Source: a virus
Lineage: Duplodnaviria > Caudoviricetes
IMG/VR virus record: IMGVR_UViG_3300025296_000044
Coordinates: 1-40,314 of that record
Strand: one strand, 5' to 3'
DNA length: 40,314 nt
The first letter of the stretch is position 1. The number at the start of each line of letters is the position of its first letter. This document shows, piece by piece, positions 8,698-18,200 of this stretch. A model generated the notes under the pieces. It did no database searches. It was not told where the DNA came from and saw only the letters and a list, made by a program, of their open reading frames with translations. Both the position numbers and the translations under genes were made by a program.

Positions 8698-9086
8698 TAC
8701 AAATGAAATCTGAAACTTTACAAACTAAACTTAATACTTTTCATAAAGCTTTTGGTCATCCAACCAATGCTGAGTATCTTCTCAGTCCTCTCAATGATAC
8801 AAAGTCTCTACGCATAAAACTTTTACAGGAAGAATTTGCAGAAGTTATGGCAGCTATATACTACAAGAAAGATAAAGCTGCTATCCTGAAAGAGCTTTGT
8901 GATCTTGTATATGTTTGTGTGGGATTTGCTGATACGTTTGGTTGGAATTTTGATGTAGCTTTTAATAGAGTACATGCTTCCAATATGTCCAAGTTGGGAG
9001 GAGATGGCAAGCCTATCTATAGAGATGATGGTAAGATTTTGAAGTCAACTCATTATAAAGAACCCAATTTGAAAGACCTGATATAA
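8694..9086 (+). CDS. MazG-like (PRA-PH type) NTP pyrophosphohydrolase
   Basis: LQEEFAEV, ELCDLVYV, VHASNMSK and DGKPIYRDDGKILK. Confidence 0.9.
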   Translation: MIQMKSETLQTKLNTFHKAFGHPTNAEYLLSPLNDTKSLRIKLLQEEFAEVMAAIYYKKDKAAILKELCDLVYVCVGFADTFGWNFDVAFNRVHASNMSKLGGDGKPIYRDDGKILKSTHYKEPNLKDLI

Positions 9087-9093
9087 ATATATA

Positions 9094-9312
9094 ATGGAGA
9101 ATAATACAATGAAGATAAGTGTAGAATTAATTAATGCTATCTTAAACTATCTTTCAAAGAAACCCTTCAATGAAGTGAATGGATTGGTGGGACAACTGAT
9201 GTTAGAAGTCAGGAAAGCACAAGAAGAAGATCAACAAGAGTTTTCTTTTCCTCCTGAAGAGAAATCTTCCAGCAATGAAAAAAAGGATACCAAGAAGAAT
9301 GCTTCCAACTGA
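9094..9312 (+). CDS. Hypothetical phage protein
   Basis: Contains ILNYLSKKPFNEV, which resembles a common small phage protein motif. Confidence 0.65.
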   Translation: MENNTMKISVELINAILNYLSKKPFNEVNGLVGQLMLEVRKAQEEDQQEFSFPPEEKSSSNEKKDTKKNASN

Positions 9313-11221
9313 TTACCAATCGTTCATACATCAATCCAGATATAGTCGTTGGCTGGAAGAGGAGGGAAGACGAGAGACATGGGAAGAAACTGTCACTCGC
9401 CTTCTCAACTTCTATAAAGTTTTTATTAAAGACAAACATGACTACTCCATGCCAAAGGAACTATTTACAGACTTGTATGTAGCAATGGTCACGCTGAAGA
9501 TCATGCCTTCCATGAGGGCCATGATGACTGCTGGCCCTGCACTGGAACGTAATCATATTGCTGCCTACAACTGCTCCTACCTGCCTGTGGACAGCCCCAG
9601 AGCTTTTGATGAGTGCCTCTACATCCTGATGCATGGAACTGGTGTAGGCTTCTCTGTGGAGAGACAGTACATCAATCAGCTTCCTCCAATACCTGATGTT
9701 GTTGAAGAGAGTGAGACAACAATCATCGTACAGGACAGCAAGGAGGGATGGTTCAAGGGCTTCAAGGAGCTTATCAACCTGCTCTATGCTGGTATGCTGC
9801 CCAGATGGGATATGTCCAAGCTACGCCCTGCTGGAGCTAAACTGAAGACCTTTGGTGGTAGGGCCAGTGGTCCTGACCCTCTGGATGATCTTTTCAGTTT
9901 CACCTGTAGTATGTTCAAGAAGGCTGCTGGACGTAGGCTGTCCAGTATCGAATGCCATGATCTAATGTGCAAGGTGGCTGATGTAGTGGTGGTGGGAGGA
10001 GTTAGAAGGTCTGCCCTGATCAGTCTGTCCAATCTATCTGATGACCGTATGAGACATGCCAAGTCTGGATCATGGTGGGAGACAGAACCTCATCGTGCTC
10101 TGGCAAATAACAGTGTCTGTTACACCGATGGATCAGCAGACATGGGATCATTCATGAGAGAATGGACAGCTCTCTATGAGAGCAAGTCTGGTGAACGTGG
10201 TATCTTCAATCGTCAGGCTGCACAGCAACAGGCAGCTAAGTATGGCCGTAGAGATTCCTCCATTGACTATGGAACCAACCCCTGTTCTGAAATTATTCTA
10301 AGACCGAAGCAGTTCTGTAATCTCTCTGAAGTTGTGATAAGAGCAGATGATACATCAGAAACTCTACAGAAGAAGGTGGAACTTGCCACCATACTGGGAA
10401 CCATACAGTCCTGCTTCACTGACTTCAAAGGTCTTAGCAGACAATGGATGAGGAATACAGAAGAAGAGAGACTTCTGGGTGTATCCCTGACAGGTATTCT
10501 TGATAGCAAGATGATGTCAAATGTGGGAAAAGAAAATATTACTTCTCTGTTGAGTAACCTTCGATTGACTGCTGTGTCCACCAATAGAAAATGGTCCAAG
10601 TATCTGGGCATTGAACCTTCTGCTGCCATTACCTGTGTTAAGCCTTCCGGTACAGTCAGTCAACTTGTGGATGCTGCCAGTGGTATTCACCCTCGACATT
10701 CCGATTATTATATTCGTACTGTCAGGGCTGACAAGAAAGACCCCCTGACAAAGTTCATGACAGAGAAAGGGTTTCCAGTTGAGGATGAACTCTTGAAGCC
10801 ACAGTCCATGTCAGTGTTTAGTTTCCCAGTGAAGGCACCCAGAGGAGCCTTGACAAGAGATAGTATATCTGCCATTGATCATCTCAAGATATGGCAGGTA
10901 TACTCAAATCACTGGTGCGAACATAAGCCTTCCATTACTGTTTCTGTACAGGAGAATGAATGGATGGAGGTTGGTTCATATGTTTATAAAAACTTTGATG
11001 CAATGTCAGGTATCAGTTTTCTCCCCATGAGTGAACATACCTATAAGCAAGCACCCTATCAGGATACCACCAGAGAGGACTATGAAGCTCTTCTGAAGAA
11101 GATGCCAAAGGATGTGGACTGGCAAGTCCTGTCTGAGTATGAAGAAGAAGATAATACTATGGGAAGTCAAACATACACCTGCTCTGGAGATGTATGTGAG
11201 GTGGTGGATATTGTACAATGA
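9299..11221 (+). CDS. nrdJ: Class II adenosylcobalamin-dependent ribonucleotide reductase
   Basis: MPSMRA, YNCSY, GGVRRSA, TNPCSEI, CVKPSGT, EHKPS and C-terminal CSGDVC. No beta subunit nearby. Likely start is the ATG at 9299. Confidence 0.93.
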   Translation: MLPTDYQSFIHQSRYSRWLEEEGRRETWEETVTRLLNFYKVFIKDKHDYSMPKELFTDLYVAMVTLKIMPSMRAMMTAGPALERNHIAAYNCSYLPVDSPRAFDECLYILMHGTGVGFSVERQYINQLPPIPDVVEESETTIIVQDSKEGWFKGFKELINLLYAGMLPRWDMSKLRPAGAKLKTFGGRASGPDPLDDLFSFTCSMFKKAAGRRLSSIECHDLMCKVADVVVVGGVRRSALISLSNLSDDRMRHAKSGSWWETEPHRALANNSVCYTDGSADMGSFMREWTALYESKSGERGIFNRQAAQQQAAKYGRRDSSIDYGTNPCSEIILRPKQFCNLSEVVIRADDTSETLQKKVELATILGTIQSCFTDFKGLSRQWMRNTEEERLLGVSLTGILDSKMMSNVGKENITSLLSNLRLTAVSTNRKWSKYLGIEPSAAITCVKPSGTVSQLVDAASGIHPRHSDYYIRTVRADKKDPLTKFMTEKGFPVEDELLKPQSMSVFSFPVKAPRGALTRDSISAIDHLKIWQVYSNHWCEHKPSITVSVQENEWMEVGSYVYKNFDAMSGISFLPMSEHTYKQAPYQDTTREDYEALLKKMPKDVDWQVLSEYEEEDNTMGSQTYTCSGDVCEVVDIVQ

Positions 11222-11400
11222 TGAAAAGGAAAACTAAATCTTATACTGCTGAAGTAAGATTGGAAGATTTTCTGGAGATGCAAAGAGAAGTTGGAATCTT
11301 GAGGAAAAATGTTAGAGATATTCAAGAACAACTACAAGAAGCTTACAAAAAAATTAAAGAGTTAGGAGAAAAACATGAGCCAACAACAAGAGAAAATTAA
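11218..11400 (+). CDS. Small coiled-coil hypothetical protein
   Basis: ATGA-coupled to nrdJ. Confidence 0.6.
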   Translation: MMKRKTKSYTAEVRLEDFLEMQREVGILRKNVRDIQEQLQEAYKKIKELGEKHEPTTREN

Positions 11401-11602
11401 AATACATCTGGCAGGTCTGGAGATGGAACGAACCTATCTTCTGGAGAATCTGGGTGACTACCACAGGATACAAAGAAAGAATGTACAGGAGTATCTCAGT
11501 GGTAGAATAGAAACACTGATGAATGATATTGAAGATGTTTCTTTTGCAGAGACAGTCCTTGAAACTAAGGGGCCAGTAATTGCCAAAAAGAAAACAGGAT
11601 AG
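11375..11602 (+). CDS. Hypothetical protein
   Basis: AGGAG SD before the ATG. Confidence 0.6.
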   Translation: MSQQQEKIKIHLAGLEMERTYLLENLGDYHRIQRKNVQEYLSGRIETLMNDIEDVSFAETVLETKGPVIAKKKTG

Positions 11603-11843
11603 CAATATTGCCACCCTGTTTAAGTTTGGTGTATTTCTAAATGATAAAGGTCAATTAGAAATTCAACGAGAGTATCTTCATCCCAGTGATTGGCTAACAG
11701 TCGTCAACGAAAACTTTCCCTCCTATGAAGACAAGGAGTTGATACATAGATTCCTTATTTATTCTCAAAACTTAATGGATCAGGTAGAGAGAGACCTCAG
11801 TACCTACAGTCCTATGCTTAAACCAACCCACCATCATACATAG
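11580..11843 (+). CDS. Hypothetical protein, last gene of the + arm
   Basis: TTG start after AAGGGG. The 3' end overlaps the convergent gene by 26 nt. Confidence 0.55.
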   Translation: MPKRKQDSNIATLFKFGVFLNDKGQLEIQREYLHPSDWLTVVNENFPSYEDKELIHRFLIYSQNLMDQVERDLSTYSPMLKPTHHHT

Positions 11844-13533
11844 GCTTTGTAGATGATGGTACTATGCCACCATCATACATAGGTCTTATTTGACCACCTC
11901 TGTATTTTCCCATTTCTTGTTTAGTTGGATCAAATCCTTCGGAAAATAAAGACTTTGCTTTTTCTGGATGAAGGGCCATAAAACTTATTTCTCCTCCTCC
12001 TTCTGCTTCATTCTCATATCCATATGCATCTGCACCCGTTTTATCTAAAATATTTCTAAGAAATTCAACCCATTGTTCATTACGTTTTTGATTCTCCGGT
12101 AGATCACTAAATTTTAAAGCTCCTCTAGTAATATCCTTCCATAGTTTCACTTTTGCTTCAAAAGGTATCACACTTTCTCCTTCTATATGAACATCAGGCA
12201 TTGACTCTGGTCGAATATTCATAAATATTTTCTCATCATATTCAGGATCGTCAGGATATAATTCAATTACTGATTCAGGATATTGAGTTTCTTGGGCTGC
12301 TGCATACTCATCCATTATTGTATCTATATCAACTTCTGAACCTTCATCATGAAAAGAAGAATAGACTTCATCAAACAGTTCTTCATTAAAAAACCGTCCC
12401 CCATCTGTAGTATAAGACATCTTCCTAATCCACTGTTCTGGATTTTTAAAACTCAGCATGTCAGGAACTTTAAGATACTTGTTTATATTTGCTTGAATAG
12501 GTATAGTATTCATGCCTTCTGGAAGAAGAATGTTTTCTGGATTCTTCATGTACTCATTAACAAAGTTATCAAGTTCATCCTTATTTTCAAGTTGATATTT
12601 ATCAAGAAGTTTTTCTGATACTAAATTCAATTCGGAGATAGCTTCCATATCTTCTTTTGTCCTAGCAGGTGCTATCGACTTAAATTTTGTGTCCGCTTGA
12701 AGTCTTTTTAGAATTTCCTGATATTTTTTTTCATACTCTTCTAAGACTCTATACCTTCCTATATCTGGGTCTTTCGTTTCTCCTTGTCTGGCTAAAAAAG
12801 CATCATACACATGAGGAGCATCTTCCTGAGATACCATATGAATACCAATATCAGAGACTCCAGATACACCACCTTTGCCCTCTGTAGGAATAATTCTTAG
12901 AATATCTTCTACTATTTCAGGATTTTTAGTAACATGCACGAGTTGTTGTCCAAATCCTTTAGATTTTGCTAATTCTCTTTGTGCATTATCAGGTTCTGTA
13001 ACGAACTTATGAATTTTTCCCAATTGGGTTTCGGTCAGATCATATTTTTTTGGACTAGCTTCATCTGTTTCTGTAGTTAAATTATTTTTAACTTCCTCCC
13101 ATAAATCTCCTACATATTCCTGACCAGATTTCTCTAAACCAAAAAGCTCATGTGTAGGTGTATTTTTTAAATAGTCTATGACAGCAGCTTTTGTTTCTTG
13201 AGGAATATGTTTAAGTACCTCTGATGCTATCTGTACAGCAGGAAGTCTTCTGGATAATGCTTTAACAGCAGTTCCTATAACTTTAGGTAACTTCCCCTCT
13301 AAATTTTTAGGAACAGGCTTTGTTGTTACGGGAAGCTGTTGTTCTGTTACTGTACTTGGACTTGGACGTTCTATAATATCCGGTATATTCTCTGCTCTTT
13401 GTCTTAAATCAATAGCTTTATCTTCAAGTTTTTTAAGTTCTTCATCAGGCTCACCACCCTCTGCCATATGCTGTACCATGCCACCATCATACATGGTCTG
13501 TGGTTCAGCCAACATTTCTTTCAGTGTGATCAT
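11818..13533 (-). CDS. Putative virion cargo protein with an ADP-ribosyltransferase-like domain flanked by GG motifs
   Basis: LVHVT, GIHMVS, IPIQANINK and GADAYGYENEAEGGGEISFMALHPEKAKS resemble ART-PolyVal-type domains. MYDGG/MAEGG repeats lie at both termini. Confidence 0.6.
   Translation of the reverse strand: MITLKEMLAEPQTMYDGGMVQHMAEGGEPDEELKKLEDKAIDLRQRAENIPDIIERPSPSTVTEQQLPVTTKPVPKNLEGKLPKVIGTAVKALSRRLPAVQIASEVLKHIPQETKAAVIDYLKNTPTHELFGLEKSGQEYVGDLWEEVKNNLTTETDEASPKKYDLTETQLGKIHKFVTEPDNAQRELAKSKGFGQQLVHVTKNPEIVEDILRIIPTEGKGGVSGVSDIGIHMVSQEDAPHVYDAFLARQGETKDPDIGRYRVLEEYEKKYQEILKRLQADTKFKSIAPARTKEDMEAISELNLVSEKLLDKYQLENKDELDNFVNEYMKNPENILLPEGMNTIPIQANINKYLKVPDMLSFKNPEQWIRKMSYTTDGGRFFNEELFDEVYSSFHDEGSEVDIDTIMDEYAAAQETQYPESVIELYPDDPEYDEKIFMNIRPESMPDVHIEGESVIPFEAKVKLWKDITRGALKFSDLPENQKRNEQWVEFLRNILDKTGADAYGYENEAEGGGEISFMALHPEKAKSLFSEGFDPTKQEMGKYRGGQIRPMYDGGIVPSSTKPMYDGGLV
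11828..11883. repeat. 17-nt direct repeat encoding PMYDGG, with a third related copy at about 13481
   Basis: ccaccatcatacatagg at 11828-11844 and 11867-11883. ccaccatcatacat at 13481-13494. Confidence 0.9.
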
Positions 13534-13802
13534 CAGTGCATTACAATATTATCTTGAAGGTGTACATATTCTTCTGATATCCCATGCTGGCACAATCCTT
13601 TTATATCCAATATTATGGAAGGTATATTACTCTTCCAGTAATCCATGAACTTATCAAAATAGGGGTAGTCAGGTGGAACATCAAAACCCTCATAGTTAAA
13701 CTCCTGAATTAAATGTGGGTAATCAGGAGTCTTGTATATTATGGTCACCAGAACTTTGCTCTGTGATAAATCAGTGGTCATTCCCATTTGTTTTCCCAGC
13801 AT
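13533..13802 (-). CDS. usg: Usg-like protein
   Basis: IIYKTPDYPHLIQEF...DVPPDYPYFDKFMDYW and terminal His match the alphaproteobacterial Usg pattern recalled as YxxPDHPxLLQ...DLAPxFPxLxxFLDFW...LH. Confidence 0.7.
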   Translation of the reverse strand: MLGKQMGMTTDLSQSKVLVTIIYKTPDYPHLIQEFNYEGFDVPPDYPYFDKFMDYWKSNIPSIILDIKGLCQHGISEEYVHLQDNIVMH

Positions 13803-14196
13803 CCTTTATCTGTTCTTTAAGTTCTTCAACTTGATCGTGTCTGGTCTTTTTCCTTACTGCTCTCTCCAGACCATAGGCCGCTCTGACAGTTTCATCATGC
13901 TCAATAAAATTTATTTCCAGTACCCTCACTCTATCAATGAGACGTATCATCATGATACGAAGTTCTTCCAATCTCTTTCCCAGTTGATCTCTGGTATCTC
14001 TTGTTTCCTCATCCAGTTCTTCTTTAAGAATATCAATGGCTTTGACAATATCTTTATGCTCATCATTGAGTTCTTGCTTGAAGCTTCCCGTGATCCATCT
14101 AATGAGCCACCACAGAGCATACCCTGCCGCTGCTGCCGTGAGGACAGGGATACCAACAGTTTCAAATAACTTTACAAACTGTGTTATGGACATCAT
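13771..14196 (-). CDS. Membrane protein with N-terminal TM helix and coiled coil, holin-like
   Basis: VGIPVLTAAAAGYALWWLIRWI hydrophobic segment followed by a heptad-rich region. Confidence 0.6.
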   Translation of the reverse strand: MMSITQFVKLFETVGIPVLTAAAAGYALWWLIRWITGSFKQELNDEHKDIVKAIDILKEELDEETRDTRDQLGKRLEELRIMMIRLIDRVRVLEINFIEHDETVRAAYGLERAVRKKTRHDQVEELKEQIKDAGKTNGNDH

Positions 14197-14622
14197 TTAT
14201 CTGGCAGCACTGGACCCAAAGTAAAAGCTGACAATGGCTGCAAGAGTATGCAGATACATGGGTGCAAGAGCTATACCTCTGACAGCTTGCCATTCTATTG
14301 TATCTGGTGACTGCCATATGAATGGGATGGAGAACCCGCCCTCCTTGACATGAGAAACCATGACTGGTATATCAAAGAAAGGAGCAGCGAAAGGAATTAC
14401 CACAATACAACCCACACATATCAAGGCTATGATCCTGCGAGTCCATGAGAAGTGTTTGTCCTTCTTGCCATGCTCTCTTACATCCTGTAGTACCTTGTGA
14501 CGGGCATTGAGAGCACTCAGCATTAGCTTGTGCTGCTCTGCTTTAGCTTTGACGATCTGCCCTATGAGGGTAGTGACAAAGCCCATTATGGAGCCGCCCA
14601 AGAGGGTTGTTACGAGTTCCAT
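14197..14622 (-). CDS. Holin-like multi-TM protein
   Basis: Three hydrophobic segments, SWTRRII and C-terminal IVSFYFGS, typical of 3TM phage holin-like proteins. Confidence 0.65.
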   Translation of the reverse strand: MELVTTLLGGSIMGFVTTLIGQIVKAKAEQHKLMLSALNARHKVLQDVREHGKKDKHFSWTRRIIALICVGCIVVIPFAAPFFDIPVMVSHVKEGGFSIPFIWQSPDTIEWQAVRGIALAPMYLHTLAAIVSFYFGSSAAR

Positions 14623-15062
14623 TATGTAAAGATTGCTCTTGATCCGGGGGCTGGTTGAATAGTTATTTGAGAATCTCCAGTAGCAGTACTCTCAGTTCCT
14701 ATACCTACACGTTGAGCCTCTCTTGCTCTACTTTCTGGACTCTGACCAAAGATTCTTCTACCAATACCTTCTCCAACATCTGTTAAAGCTTTTTCACTGG
14801 CAATTTGAGCAGGCTGTATTGGTTGTCCAAAATCTTTACTTCTAGGTACATTTGCTCTTTGTAAACTGGGAGGAGCAGCTATATTAGAAAAAGCTATACT
14901 TGGTATTCGTTGTGCCAATGTTTTTTGAAGACCAACATTAGCACTAATAGAAGTTGTTCCCAGAGAAGCCATTTTTAAAGTTGCAGCAGGAAAAGGAACT
15001 GATCCTGTTGATGCTCTTCTTCTGTATTTTGGGGCTGCTAAAGTTGATGAATATGCTACCAT
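14622..15062 (-). CDS. Hypothetical protein
   Basis: 146 aa, TAATG-coupled on both sides. Confidence 0.65.
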   Translation of the reverse strand: MVAYSSTLAAPKYRRRASTGSVPFPAATLKMASLGTTSISANVGLQKTLAQRIPSIAFSNIAAPPSLQRANVPRSKDFGQPIQPAQIASEKALTDVGEGIGRRIFGQSPESRAREAQRVGIGTESTATGDSQITIQPAPGSRAIFT

Positions 15063-15292
15063 TATGTGCTCCTTACAAAATTAGATATAACCCATATAAC
15101 AATTGATCCTATAACTCCCAGAACGGCTGCTGCTCCATAGACCATATGTCTATCCTTCTCCAGTTTCTTAATTCTTGTATCATGTTTTTCAATGGTATCC
15201 CATTGCTTCTCTGTTACAACCATCAAAGAATCAAGCTTACCTTCCAGCCTACCAAGTATAAGATACATATCCTTGTCAGAGATATTACTCAT
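15062..15292 (-). CDS. Small coiled-coil plus TM protein, XhlA/holin-like
   Basis: LGRLEGKLD...RIKKLE followed by a C-terminal hydrophobic helix. Confidence 0.65.
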   Translation of the reverse strand: MSNISDKDMYLILGRLEGKLDSLMVVTEKQWDTIEKHDTRIKKLEKDRHMVYGAAAVLGVIGSIVIWVISNFVRST

Positions 15293-18200
15293 CAGTCAAG
15301 TATCTCACGAACAGTTTCACTAATACTTTCTACAATATCTGCTGGTACTTCACCAAATTTTCTTTCTCTTCTTTTAAATCTTTTCGCCTGAACAATTCTT
15401 GCATTGATTAATATATCTTCCATGCGTTCCACTAATTCTTTCACTGCTTCCTTTGCTTCTTCTTCTTTATTTTTATATAATTCTGTACCATAATACTTGA
15501 AAACATCCTTTTCTTTTTTCTTTATTAAGGCTTTTAATTCTTTGACCTCTGTCTTGAATTCATTTGTAAATACAGCAGTGAGTTTTTCTTTATCAATAGG
15601 CCATATTTTAATACCTACTGTTTGTGCAAGAGCCATAAGAACAGGCAGGTCTGGTGCATAAGCAGAAGAATCTGGTCTTCTTTCCAGAGCATTCATTATC
15701 TTTTTATGTGCCCATGAATCATAAAAATCATTTCGCTCGTCAGAACCAAATAGTTTTTGTAATCCACTAAATCCCAACAGTGGATTATTGGGAACAAGAC
15801 GGGCCAATGTAAAGTGAAATCTTTCCCATGCATTTTCTGAAAGCTCTCTCCCCGTGAAAGGGTCTATACCCAAAATCATAGGCATAAATAATTCTCCTGC
15901 AAGACCGAAGGAAGGTTGGAAAGGTGCGGGTAATCCTGCAATCCTTCCTCCCTGTTCAGGTGTTGTTTGACCTAAAGCATCACCACCCGGAAGAAATCTA
16001 GTAGTATCTAAATAATAAGATGTTTGAGGAAGTTTATTGCCTTCTACATCTCTATCCAAACCCCAACCCAGAGCATAATCAAATCTTTGTTGTGCAAACT
16101 GTTCTGCACCTCTGAGAGGATCACCCATCTTTAGAAAAGTAGGTGGCATGACAGGAAGACCAAATGCACGGGCAAGTCTTTTTTCATCCATGAGTGCTCT
16201 CTCATATTCCGTTTCTTTCTTTGATCTTTCTCTTCCTGCATAATCAAGTGCATATCCAATAGATGCCCACTTGGCAAACTTAGCTGGATTTAACGTGGCT
16301 GTTTTTGCAAGCATGGGAATAACTCTGTAGGTATATGAGAAGAAAGGAAGTCCGGTATCCCTGAGAAAATTTATGAAAGGAGCTTGAATATTATAATCAA
16401 TAAATCCTTTTTTTGCTTCTTTAGCTGCTGATCTTTTTATTTGTTCAATAGCATTATTGTATTCTGATGATCCTTTCTTGAACTGTTTTAATTCCGGTAT
16501 TCTTTTCTGTACTCTATCAATGTAGAGAGCAACACGAAACATCTGATCTTCTCTTTGATAGAGATCAGTCAGTCCTTTATCGGCCCATTTCATAGGATTT
16601 TTAAGAAATTCTTTCCCTCTTGTTTTTTTACCAATAACTCCTTCACCTATTTTTGTTTTATCAAGCCAGTCAACATATTTTTGATAGGTTCTACCTGCAA
16701 TATTATTAGACATCTCAAGAGTATCTTCTATGTCTGCTATAGGATCATCAGTATCAGCAGTTACTTTTTTTCTTTTCAATTGTACTCTGAGAAATTCCCT
16801 AGCATACACTGTTTTCCAATCTTCCTGACCTACTCTGAGTTCTGCTTTAGCCAGACTGGCATCAAATACACCCAGTCTTACAAGGTCTTCATAAGTATTA
16901 GATTCTCCAAATCCTAGATCAAGTTTATTTAAATTGTCTTGTCCTTTCTTGGTAAATACCTTAAAACCATGATCTGCAAAAGTACCAAAAGGAACATTGT
17001 GCATATCCAATAAGAAAAAGTTTGATACAGTATTATTAGTGTGAACAGTAGGATTCCATGAAGTTTTACTTCTCTTCCACATAGAATTATAACGTCTGTA
17101 TGATCTAAAAAAATCAGGAAGATGACCTTTACCATGATAAAGCCAACCTAAAAATCCTTCTCCTTGAGAAAATTCTCTTTGTACTTTTATAGCATCTGCC
17201 ATATCCTTTGGTATATATTTACCTGCAAGATCACCATATCGTTCTAAACCTGTTTTCTTAATTTTATTACCATGCTTAAAGTGAAACATATCTGCCTGTT
17301 CTTCTGGAGAAAGTTGTTCAAAAGTTTTCTTGCCAGAATCTTTATAGGCTTTATACATACTTCTCGCAAAAGCTTTTTCATCTTTTGATGCTTTTTTACT
17401 TTTTGATATTTTAAGTAGTCTTTTTAATTCAGCATTATCCATATATCCAAACTTAGTATTAATATCTGAATAAAATTTATAGACAGCAAGATCATTAATC
17501 ATAAGATCACCCGTTGCCTTGATGGCAAAGGCTGCATCTTCTATTTCGTTGAGAGCTTTTCTTTCTTTAGCTGTAAGCTGTTTACGAAGAGTTTGTATTC
17601 CATTTTTTACTTTTCCTAGTTTTTTATATCCTTGTTTTTCTAGATTAGCTATTCTTCCTGTTTCTTTTGCTGGGATAGGTATTGGATGTCCTCTTGCCAT
17701 AAGTTCAACACCAACTAAACCATGTCTGCTTTCATCAGTGGCTTTAGTAAGTATTTCTCTTACTTCTACTCCTATAGCTTTTCTAAATTCAGGACTTAAT
17801 TTTTCTCCATATGTTCTATGAATATAGGTATTCATATTCTCATGAAACGTAGAAGGTTTAAGCATACCTGCATCAACCATTCTTTGACCTGTTTCTTGAA
17901 TAAGTTCTCTGGCTTCTGATCCTATTTCCCTAGCTTCTTTAGAAAGACCAGCTATATTATCTACCTGACCATCAAGAAAATAATACAGTATCTGTTTTTC
18001 ATTTACTGACAGAGCCTTTGCTCTTTCAGCAATATCTGTAAACTTATAGGCAACATCATTAAAATCCAGAAAAGCTCCTTCATGTAGCTTTACAAATTCA
18101 TCTGATAGCTTATAGTTATCTATAACTCTACGTCCAATAAAATCTTGTGCTGACTGTCCTTTAATTTTGATTTTCTTTGCTGCTCCAAATCCAAGAGCAG

